Made by a program: the position numbers and the translations under genes. DNA of 64,000 nt from Chloropicon primus (Eukaryota). Below are positions 50,311 to 61,300 of the stretch, in pieces. The notes under the pieces were generated by a model. It was given only the letters and a program-made list of their open reading frames with translations. It had not been told where the DNA came from and did no database searches. Position 1 is the first letter of the stretch. Each line of letters begins with the position of its first letter. The stretch is from contig CP060760.1 of NCBI GenBank assembly GCA_023205875.1, positions 186,001 to 250,000 of the forward strand, read 5' to 3'.

Positions 50311-50753
50311 GCCTTGTCTCCGTCACTTACCTCCGTCCTCGTCTGACAAGGTCCGCCGCTCGCTTTCTGTTATCCAAAGAAGCAGCCAATCACAAGGATT
50401 TCGCCTCGACTGCAGACTAAAAAGGTCAAGTGCTCCGAGAGCGGAACCTTTGAGGGGATCCGGTGGATAGTAAAGAGCTTTGGTGGTGCGCAAGAGGGAT
50501 ATTGTTGGATAGATTATTTCACGATCATTCGAAAGAGCTGTCGCTTGACGCGTTTCGTGGCGTGTGTCATCCGGACGCGTTGGTTTTGTTCCACAAACAC
50601 TGCCTCGAACTGGTCAGGAGAGGAGAGGGAGGGGACCTTTCGACGGCGGTTTGGCGCTGAGGGAGGCGGTTCCGTGCCACGAAAGTTGACACCAAGCGAA
50701 AGGGGTAGATTTTATCACGAGCTTTCGATTGGTACCCCACTTGACGAGCAACA

Positions 50754-51434
50754 ATGCCGGGAAAAGGGAAGAGAAGGCGTCTGAGGAATCAGCAGATTGC
50801 CAAGGAGCAGTCGAGGAGAATGCAGAACATGCAGAACAATCGGATGTTCCGTCTTCACGATGGTTCCGGCGAGAAGCTCACGGGTTCGAAGGAAGAGAAC
50901 CACATTCCGAAGAACCTTCGGTTCATCATGGCGTTCAACGAGGGGAAGGGCAAGGGGGAGGAGGCCGGGGAGGCGTCGGGCTCCGGGGGGGGGAAGAGGC
51001 GGCGGACGGGAGGCAAGGAGAAGGAGGCCGAGAAGACTGGGGGGAAGATGGAGGCCTCGACCTCCCAGAACGCTGGTGGGGATGCGGCCGGGTCGTCGAG
51101 CCAGGCCCCGGGCGCAAGCCAAAGCAAATTGAAGAAGGGGGCGAAAAAGTCGCAGCAGCAGGAGGCGGAGTTCGTCCTCTCCAAGGGGAGGGCCAAGGAC
51201 GGCCAGGTGAAGCTCGAGCGCGTGAAGGGCCAGAAGAAGAAGAAGAAGGGGTACCTGCAGCTGAGGAAGGAGAAGAAGCTCCAGCAGAAGCAGAGGAAGA
51301 AAGCTGCGATGGAGGACGAGGAAGCAGATTTAAAGTACGACGAGAGAAAATTCTTCGATGAGGTTGCGTACGAGCCGCCCGCTCTGGCGATGCAAAAGTC
51401 CAAGGAGTTCTACTCGAAGAAGCGCGGGGCATGA
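50754..51434 (+). CDS. Basic coiled-coil protein, possibly CCDC137-like
   Basis: IPKNLRFIM and F.EVAYEPP.L motifs; Lys-rich. Confidence 0.55.
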   Translation: MPGKGKRRRLRNQQIAKEQSRRMQNMQNNRMFRLHDGSGEKLTGSKEENHIPKNLRFIMAFNEGKGKGEEAGEASGSGGGKRRRTGGKEKEAEKTGGKMEASTSQNAGGDAAGSSSQAPGASQSKLKKGAKKSQQQEAEFVLSKGRAKDGQVKLERVKGQKKKKKGYLQLRKEKKLQQKQRKKAAMEDEEADLKYDERKFFDEVAYEPPALAMQKSKEFYSKKRGA

Positions 51435-51576
51435 GGAGCGCCCTTCGGCTTGGCCACCGCGCGCACACACGTCTCAAGTATTTTAGGATACATATTAACA
51501 GCGACAAAAGTAAAACAAATGCAGTTTTAGTTTTTGTTTGTGTGAAGGCGTGGCCGACTGCTGCTCGGGTAAAGCG

Positions 51577-52444
51577 TCACAGCTTGGTGTCCTGAAACAC
51601 TTGCGTCCACAAGAAGGCCTCCGAGAGCACCATCTCCAGGTCCTTGTACGTCCACTCGGCCGTCGGCAGCTTCTGCAGCAGGATGATCATCTCCTGGAAA
51701 TCCATGTTTTGGAGCCTCTCCGAGAAGTTCACGAGCAGAGCCAGCGCCACGAAGACCACGAATGACTTTATGTTGTCCCCTTCCGCGATGTAAGTGTCCC
51801 AAAGCCTGCAGACGAGCGCAAAAGGAAGCTCCCGCATGATGAGACAGTTGAACCACCTCACGGTGAAATGGAGCAGCTCGAGGCCTTCGCTCTCCATGTG
51901 GCTCAGCAAGTCCTTGTCAACCCTCCTCAGGAGCGATTCCATTTCCTTCACGCATCTTCTGATCCCTGCGAGAGTCGAGAGAAAGACAACAGAGGCCTGA
52001 CGTCAGTGGAACTCGCCTCCGGAAAAACAAAAAACAAAAGTTTGCCCGAGCGGCACAGAAAACAGGGACGTACCCGGCTGCTCCCTCGTGTACATGTCCT
52101 CGACCCGATCCATGAGCTTGCAGAAGCACCAGTAGCAGTCCCCTTCGATGTCGATGAGCTTATCATCGTGTATGCTGTCGACGTCCCACGTCCCCATATC
52201 TCCCGGGAACACCCTCGACAAGAAGACGTGCAAGAATGGCGTGAGAACGTCGTTCAAGCCTTGGACGTAACCGCTGCTCGGGTGGGTGCAGGCCCTGATG
52301 TACAGAATCCTTATCAGGGACCTTTGCAAGGCCGATTTCCCGAACAGCTTCACGGTGGGCTCCGTCCTCGGAGCGTCTATCGCAATCTGCCTCAGAGTCC
52401 CAAGCTCCTCCTCACTTTTGGGTGGAGCACAGCACAGCAACATC

Positions 52445-52475
<31 letters not shown>

Positions 52476-52994
52476 TCATCACCAATGGGAGAACGAAGAG
52501 TGAGAATGGTTCAGTACGCTTCCAGTGGTCTCGACTTCTGGCTCGGCCACTCACCTCTTCCTTGAGTTGGACACCTCATAGTGCGTCTTCAAGAGGTCCC
52601 TATACGCTTTTCGCTTGCAGTTCACCACGTCCTGCCAGCTGCTTGTTTCCCTTGGCAGATATCCCAGCATGAGCTGCCAGCAAATGGGCCTCAAGTCCTG
52701 CGGTATGCCGCCCCAGCTCACCTGCTGAAGCTGCTCAATGTCGACCACAGACTTGTTCAATATCTTCAACAGCTTGTCCCTCTGACTCTCGCTCCATTCT
52801 CTTGGCATCAACGCCTTCCTCTTGTCATAGGATGTGGTGGAAGTGGTGCTCGTGCTCGTGCTTGTCCCAGCAGGATGAGGCTGGTCTCTCGCCTCCGCGC
52901 CATTCTCAAGCTTCGAAGGGGAAGGGGAAGGGCTCTCCACAACGCTGTCCTCCCCCGAGACGTACGCGGCGAACCGCCTCGCGTTCTCCCACAT
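51577..52994 (-). CDS. TBC-domain Rab GTPase-activating protein (GYP1/TBC1D22-like); predicted introns 52415-52554 and 51966-52073
   Basis: SWGGIP..LRP..WQL.LGYLP, QIAIDAPRT, SGYVQGLND and FT.RWFNCL.MRE....RLWDTY; both splices keep frame. Confidence 0.9.
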
Positions 52995-53147
52995 GGCGCC
53001 GCTTCACCTCCTCTCTCTCCTCTTCTGCTGGATTTGGATCGAGATGAAGTTAAACTCGACATCGCAATCGCATCGGCTGATGATGGTGATGATGATGGCG
53101 ATGATGAATAGAGGGGAGGAGGATCTAGGGAGTGACTCTTCACCGCT

Positions 53148-53178
<31 letters not shown>

Positions 53179-53310
53179 TCTCTCTTCTCTCTCTGTCGGT
53201 TCTCTCTCGGAGTACGCAAGAAAGCAGCAGCTGATCGTGATGGAGAAGGAGAGACTGAAGTTTCAAGCTCACTCATGGCATGTAACAAAACAAGCCCAGG
53301 GGCGGACTTC

Positions 53311-55046
53311 TTAGTTATATTTCACCATGAGGGTGTTTTGGGTGTTTTTCTTCTCGAAGTTATCGCCGGGCTGAAGGAAGTCACCGCTCTCTATCGTTCT
53401 AATGTCCCGTTTACTTTGCAGGGGCCGCCTCTCCTCTTTCTCCCCAAGGGGCCTCACGCTCAACGCAAGCTTGCGCAGCAGAGGCGTATCCTCTCCGTGA
53501 GCAGATTCCCAATAACCAGTGACCCGAGACGCCAGCTTCCCGGGCGTCCTCCAATCTGCACGGCCTCTCTGCATCGCATCCCTCGTGCTGGCGTACCTGT
53601 CAAACTCCTCAGCAAGCCTCTTCAAGGTGGTCTCCAAGTCCACCTCGGCGGAGGGCAAGCTCCTAAAAAGGTTCACCAAGTGCTCTTCCATCGAAGGGCG
53701 ATCGTCTGCGCTCCAGATCACTGTTGGGTCCACGTACCTCAGGATTGTCTCCAGGTCGACCTTGCCCTTGTCGGTTCTCCCCCCGATGACCGGATACGGC
53801 GTTTGGCCGACAAGGCCCTCGGACGAATAGACTTCGATGGACACCGCGTTCTCCCAGACGCTCGCCAGCTCGTCGCCCAAGACGTCCTTCACCGTCACTT
53901 CGACGGCCTTGGCATATGCCGCTGTCTTTGCCGGCGCCAAGCAGAGGTTCGTGAGCTCTTCGGAGGAGGTCACGTAGTTCATCTCGTGCGGTTCCCCAGC
54001 CTCATCGTAGCAAACGATTCTCACCAGTGGGTACGGGACAAAGTCAGGCTCCACGACGATTCGCAGGAATGGAACGCCCTGGTAGTACTGCTGCCGCTTC
54101 TCCGCGATGCTTTGCTTCATTCGTTGGACGACAGCCCGAGACAGCTGCTCGAGGCAAGCGTTTCGGTCTTCCGGCAGGCTCGGGGCCTCGAGGTCGTCCG
54201 ACTTCTTCACAGTCCTGGACAAGAATGCGGTAAACGTCTTGAAACCCTTGGAGTCGATCACATCCAGGGGCAGCAAGTTCTTGGCGCAAAATTCGACGCC
54301 CTTTTGCAGCAGGTTCTCCCTCCTCCTCCCCGCCCCGTTGCACCTTTTGGTCCCAACCCTTTCGCCCGAGCGAACCGCCGCGGTGGCCTGGTCAATCACA
54401 TCGTCCACCTTGATCTGCTTTCTTGCGGACTTGGTCCCGCGCTCCCTGCCTGACTCGCCCACGAGCACCCCGTAAGCCTTCGGGTGCTTCTGCCTGTTTG
54501 TGTGTGTATGTGTGTGTGTTGGGATGATGGCAGAGATGCGATGCGATGCACAGACGCGGGTCGTTGTCGTTGCTTCAGTAACGCAACGCAGCGGAAGGAC
54601 GAGGACGAGGATGAGGACGAGGGGGAGGTCCGAGGCAAGGGACATCTCCAGGCACTCCGGTCGACTTACCTGATGTGGCGGAAGGGGTTGCCCAGGGAGT
54701 CCTTTGGAATCTTGAGCAACGTACCGCACCGTTTCCAAGTTCCGTCCGCGTCCCTCGTCGGCACGCAGCACAAGAAGTTGAGTCCGCCAGTCATCTCCGG
54801 CTTGAACAAGGCACCGACCTCGAAGAGCTTGGAACGCAAGGGCCTCCCGTTCTTCCCGAGAGCTTGGTGGACGGTGACCTCCACCTCGGAAGAGTTGTCC
54901 TTGCTCAGGACGAGGACCCTCTCGCCAGGCTGAGGCACAGCGCAGGAGGCCAAGTCGAACTCCTCCAAGTCACCATGAGCCGCCCAGCACGTCGCTGCCG
55001 CTTCGGTCGCCTTCCTCTTCATCGTCGTCGAGGACGTCGACGCCAT
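53311..55046 (-). CDS. hAT-transposase-derived protein (BED finger, Hermes-like DNA-binding region, hATC-like end); predicted intron 54494-54669
   Basis: Spliced CGTLLKIPKDSLGNPFRHIRQKHP; FCAKNLLPLDVIDSKGFKTF; YWESAHGEDTPLLRKLAL...LMVKYN*. Confidence 0.65.
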
Positions 55047-55324
55047 CGTGGTCGAGTGCTTATCTCTCGAAAGGGACTCTCCTGTCCACAAAAACTGCCA
55101 CGTGGCGCTCGTGGAACACGTGGCAGAAGAAAAGCGTGGCCGAAAAAGCACCAAGAATAGGATATTTTGGGGGGACGAGGATCGAAGACGGGTGAGGAGG
55201 GGATCGGGATCGTGGATGAACACAATCCTTCTTTCTATGCGTCATCTTTGTACAGTAGTGTTACAGGATTGATTGTGGGGTTTGCTTTTCTTCTTCTTTT
55301 CTTCTAAACTATTTCTTTCTAGCG

Positions 55325-58300
55325 CTAGAACCAAGGCATCCACCAGATGTACATCATGCCGAGGTTCTCCTTGCTGGTGGCCTCCGCGATGAGGCGATCG
55401 GTCTGGCCTTCCGCGGAGAGGGGGAGGCTTGGGTTGGCGTTGACCCCAACGACCACGCCGCTCAGCCTGCTGGCGATGTTGGCCATGGCCTGCCTCGCGT
55501 ACGTGTTGGTGGTGGAAGCCTGGGCACCCGCCTGGGTCCCGTGGTGGGTCCACTCCACGAGGGGATCGTGCACAAAAGTCTCCAGGACATTAAGGAGGGT
55601 CTCCTTGTTGGAGCGAAGGACCCTCAGCGTCGTCTCGCAGGACTTGCGGAATACTCCCTCGTACCCGGAGACCCCCATGGCATCGATCATGTTCTGCGTG
55701 AGCCTGAACGGGACCACCTCCGGCTTCTCAAGGGCCAGGCCCTTGTCGAAGAGGCACGAGAAGTCGACGTGGACGCAATCCCCCGTGCTCGAGTCGATCA
55801 GGACGTTCTCCCCGTGCCGGTCCCCGAGGCCGACGACGTGGCCGCAGACACTCCACACCGCGCAGCTCCTGGAGAACTTCAGCCTGGCTTCCAGCCACGA
55901 GCTGGGCTCGGAAAAGTGCTGCAAGAACCACTTGTGCAGCCTGGGGGGGAACCTGTCCAGGACCTTGTCCAGCAGCTGGGCGTGGAAGCCATGCTCCCGC
56001 GCTTTCTTGATGGAGGTGCCGCTGGCCTGCTTCCTGAAGTGCGCGTCGTACATGTCCTTGATCTGCCTGTTGGTCCTCCTGTCGAACATGTTCTCCTGGA
56101 TGTACACGTCCTGGCAGCAGTGCCTGAACCCCCTGGTGTTCTCGATCCACTCGATCATGCCGCAGTCCTCCGTGAGGGGCATCACAGCAAACGTCCTGAT
56201 GTACAAGTTCCTGGAGGCGTTGCCCAAGTGGTGCGACTTGGTGGCAAGCAAGTGGTTCAGGACATTGGCGAATTCCATCATCCTCGTGTCCTTTCTGAGA
56301 TCGTCCTTGGGCTTGCAAAGGAACTTGTACTCCCTGCCGTCGCTGCCGAGGACCTTGATCACTTTGGGCTTCTGAAGGGAGTTCAGGATTTCCACCTCGT
56401 CGAAAATTTGAGCGATCGTGACGTGGTGGGAAGAGCTCTCGAAGGGCAGCGCCGAAGGCGACAGCCTCGCGCTCTTGCCCCCAGATCCTCCTGGGGTGGG
56501 TTCACCCCCAAAGGGGACACCGTTCGGAGGCAGCGCTAGGGTCAGGGCATTCTGAACAGGAATCAGAATGTCCAGGGGCATCATCCTCTCGAGGGTCCGG
56601 AAATTCTGAGAGATGGAAAACGTCTTTGCTTTCCCACTCGGAGCGTGGTGGCACAATCGGATCAGCTCATCAATGAGCCGCTCGAATTGCTGGAAGAGCT
56701 GCCTCTTGTCATCATTCGCCCTCTTCCGCGCTGCCGTGATGACCTCCTTGGCACCCTTCCTTCTCTGAGGAACGTTACTGTTCGCCACGGTTGCGAGGTG
56801 CCAAAGCACCTGGTCAGGGTACGCGTGCAACGTCCGGCTCAGAATATGCTTGGTGAACTTCAGGACATCTGGATGGGGGTGGCAGATCCTGGAGATGAGC
56901 TGCGGCAGAGCCGCGAGCCACACCGCTTTGGGGACCTTCTTGAGGAACGACAGCATCAAGTCCGACACCTTCACGGCAATCTCCTTTGGGATGGGCGTCC
57001 GGGACTTTTCCATCCGGACAACCTCGTTTCCAAACTCAAACCAAACAGTGAGCATCCTCGGCATGCTCTGGTAGATCGTCTTTGTCCCGTGCTGAATGCA
57101 TTCCCCGTAGTTCTTCAGAACGAGAGGGATGTACTCATAGTGCTTCTTTGGCTGGGTGAAGTGCTTCAACCGAGAGACCCTGATGGAGTGGAGGCCTCGC
57201 AGGCCTTCGCCATCTCCCGTGCCACTTTTCTCCCGCTGCTGAGCGTCGCGCATGAGGTCATCCACATACCTGGCGAAGAAGAAATAGCCCTTCTCCCACT
57301 CGGGGTCGAAGACGATGGCTTGCTCATACAGGTGCATGAGGTTGGCCTCCTGCTCATGACCAGTGAGGCTTGACCAGTGGGCGAGGTGGAGGGTCTTCTT
57401 TGCCGTCTCATGCGGGGAGGTATCAGGGCGTTTCAATGAAGACTTGAGCTCTGATATTGCATCCAGCTTTTTGTCCATGTCCCAAAGCAGCTTTGCCTTT
57501 GACAAGCTCGCATCGATGCCTTTGTGCTTCGACTCGGCTTTCAATATCGCAATCTGGGCCGCTTCATGGTATCCTGCCTTCCTGCAAAGTTTAGCGTACT
57601 CAAGCAAGTGGGATCCTATGAACTTATCCTGGTCCTTGAGCAACTGGTTCTTCTTCTGGTCAGACATTTTCAAGGACTCCGCTTTCGGTATCCAAAAGGA
57701 CATGATTGCCCTTCTGACTGCCATAAGCGGCTCTCTCGTTGCCAAGCTTGGCTGAGTCCTCTCCAGCCTCTCCTTCCAGCCCAGTTGCCTCTCCATGTCC
57801 TTCAAGTTCAGCTTCTTCTTCTTGAAATTGATTTTCGAGATGAAGGAGTACGCGTTCTCAACTTCTTGCAAGACTTGCAGGCGCCTCAGCACCGGGTAAA
57901 CGCGAAGGTAGCTCTCCATGGAAGAAGCTGACAGAGGCCCAAGCAGGTCCTTCCTGACCATCTCTAGTTTGCTCTTGAAATTTTCTTCATTCAAACCTGC
58001 ATCGTTTGGAACCTCTTGCAGCAGGCTCGCTACCTGGACATCGAAATCAAGGCCACTCGCCTGGGCGCTCGCCGCGTCGCTCACTTCCCTCAAGTCATTC
58101 AGCAAGTTCCACCTCCCAAGCCTCAATGCCGACGCAATCGCATAGCTCGAGAGCTGCTGTGTCCTAGGCTTATCTTGAAACTGTGCTGTCAGCCCTGAAA
58201 TGTGTGTGATCATGGCTTGGTGGTGGCCCATGTTCAGCAAACACCGCAGATAGCCCCTCTCATCATCACTCATCACATCTTGGATGCCGTCGCTCATAAA

Positions 58301-61300
58301 CCCGTCCCCTGACGCCCCGTCTTGCAGAGCTTCTTCATAAATTGCGAGCACCTCGCTCCAGTTTCCAGCCTTCTCCGCAGCAAGAGTCTTGTCGCAAAGT
58401 CTGCTCTCCTCCCTCATTCCGATTAGCCCACCGATTCCGTCAGGCTCTTCCAAGTGGGAGTAGGTCTCAATCAGGAAGCTCAGGTCCTGGTCAGGAATGT
58501 TGAACTTGCCATCAAACGCCGGTGGATTCAAACCCTTGCACTTCACCTCATCTCTCAAGTGCATCTCATAGTGTTTCAACGCACGGGCATGAGCTCCGCA
58601 ATTGTAGGCAGCATGAGCCAGCGATATTTGGGGCACACTCTCCAGCAGCTTGGAGACTCTGTCGATGCTTTTAGTCGTCGCTGGGATTGACAACGACTGC
58701 ATCGTTTTGCTCAACTCTGTCACAGAGTTCTTCTTGTTGACGAATTGCTTGGTCAGTATGAGCCAATTGCTGAACTGGTCGAGCAAGGAGAATATGGTTT
58801 GCATGCTCAGAGTGAAGAAACTCAGATCTCCCTCTCGTTTCGCGGGAAGATGGGACCTGCTGGGACTCTTCCCTCGCAGCTCAACATCCTGAGAAACGTC
58901 AGTTACATCTGTGCCCAGCCTCACTGCAGCTTTAAGCTCTTCCTTTACGCTCCGAACGGCATCTGTGGTTCCACAAGTAACGACCACTAGAATCAGATAT
59001 GGAAGGAGAAACAGCATCGTGGAGAGGTCGTACTTCAGCATTCCGCTGCAAGCCTCAAACAGATGTCTGAACTCATGGTCCTTCGGCACGCAGGTGATCA
59101 AGTGCCTCATCCACAGGAGCAGCCACCTCTCGTAGGTCAGACCAAACAAGCCGATTATAGGGACAGGCAGTTTCTCTGGCATCTTGGTGGTCAAATGGTA
59201 CTTTGATTTGAGTAACGGACGAATCACCCCTTGAACGTCTTCGCTCAACTCGTCCCACAATCCGCTTTGGGTTGCGTTTCTGTTGCTTTCTTGCGTATCG
59301 TCACTGCCTTTACTGGTTTTGTTTGGTTGGCCGTAGTACTTCAAGATTTGCTGGATAGCGTACGCGGTTGAATCCAAAGCGTCAAGATCAGTCGTGCTGC
59401 TGAGAACTTTGCTCAATTTCGAGGTAATCAAACTTGCTGGCAAAGACATCTTGGACTTCATCGCCATCAACAGAGTCTGCTCCATTGCTATGCTCAGGGT
59501 GCATTTCCTTGGGTCAATGGCTCCAACCTCTCCGAGGCATTCCAGGCATCTCAGGGAGAAATCAAGGGATCTCTTGCTACGTAAATCGGCCTTGGAGCAC
59601 TTGAAGAGGGCATGGAGCAAATCATTCATCAGTGTCTTATCGCTCTCTTCACCAGAATTGATGAGCCTGTTGATCCATTCCTGCTGAAGCACTAGGAACG
59701 TTTTCAACTCACCCAGAGCTGAATACTTTACAGATATCGCGTCGTGGCCCAAACTTTCAATGATAGCCCTCAGGTGATTCGACTCGTCCATTTTACCCTT
59801 GGACTTTTGAATGACCTCGTTTACCTTGTTCAAATCCGGAGTGGAAGGCAGAAGTGGAAACCCCCGAAGTTTTGTTTGGATCTGATCCTGGTACTTGATG
59901 ACAAGCCTCTCCATCAGCCTTATCACAGCATCATGCATGTTCATGTTCGGGCTTTCAGACGCCTCGAGAAACGGCAGGAGGGCCACAACGATTGGCTCTA
60001 CGATCCTCTTCAGTTGCGACGGGTCTGCCGATGCCAAGGCATCTACAAAGTATGTAAATCCTTGCACAGAGTGAATTCTGGCTTGTTCATCCTCCACCTC
60101 CAAGCCTTTCGTGAGGAGCGCCAAAAATCCAGGAGTGAATTCCTTGACGTGGTGACCACTGAGTTCGATCATTATGTTCAGGCAACGTATCGCTTGGACC
60201 TCCTTGTTTGGGGAGAGACTTGTCGCCAGTGCCTGCCTCACCCCGCTGTCTTTCAAGTGATCGCTCACGCCCTTCAATATCATCGAAATGTGTTCGGACT
60301 GCAAGAACCCTACTGCGTCCGAGTCGCTGCTGGGGGATGGCTCTGATGGCGGCTGCAGTTTTTGCACAATGACAGCAATGGCGCTGAGGGTCTCTTTCAT
60401 TCTTGTCAAAACGTCGTCCGGGATGATCGAGTTTTTCCACTCCACATCTAATCCGCTTGCTTTCCACAACACTTGCATCAGAAGATTGTGAAGAGATGCA
60501 TCCAGCTGGCTGTTGAACCCCCAGCTAGTGAGTTTCTCCATGTAATTGACAAATGCCTCAAACTGCTCATTGTCAGCACCCACAACAAATATTTCTGCCA
60601 TTGCATGGTAACCGTACTCAAGAAGCATCTCGCTAAGGCTGCTTGCTTGCACGGAATTGGCCAGGGCCTCAAGAGCTTTTGTGTCTTGCAGCTCGATCAG
60701 AGTGGGCAGCACAAATGGCATGGACAAAACTAAGAGCGATTTCTCATCAAGGTTGAACAGGACATCCGCGGCTTCCCTGGCTAAGCGCGGCTTGTTCACA
60801 AGATTTCTGCCAATGTATTCCAAGGTCCTCGGGTTTTTCGAGATCAAGCTGGCGAGAGATGTTTGGTTTGCATCCGCAATATGCTTCAAGCCCCTCGCTG
60901 CTGCAGACTTTATTCGCCAATCCCTGTTGTCCAGAAAACCAACCAGCAGCACAAGGGCTATCAGCAGGCAATCTTGGCTGTGCGGAGTTGCTCCCACGGA
61001 AGCAATCACTCGGAGAATGAGTTGCTTTGCCACGGGCGTCTTTGATTTTTGCAAATCGCTCCTCATGCGCTGCAAAAACGAAAACTCGCTACTCTTCACG
61101 CCAGGGAACATCTCCTCCAAGAATGGCTTGGATACCATTTGCTGCACAACTTCGCTGCTGATGGCATGAAACCTTTTGGACTTGCCCTTGCTTCCTTCGT
61201 CATTCAGAACCCAATCCAGTAACTCGATCAAAAATGTGCCGCTCCCGGCAACTTCTTTTGGATGACAGCTTGAGAAAACAATTCTCAAGCTTTGGAGGAC

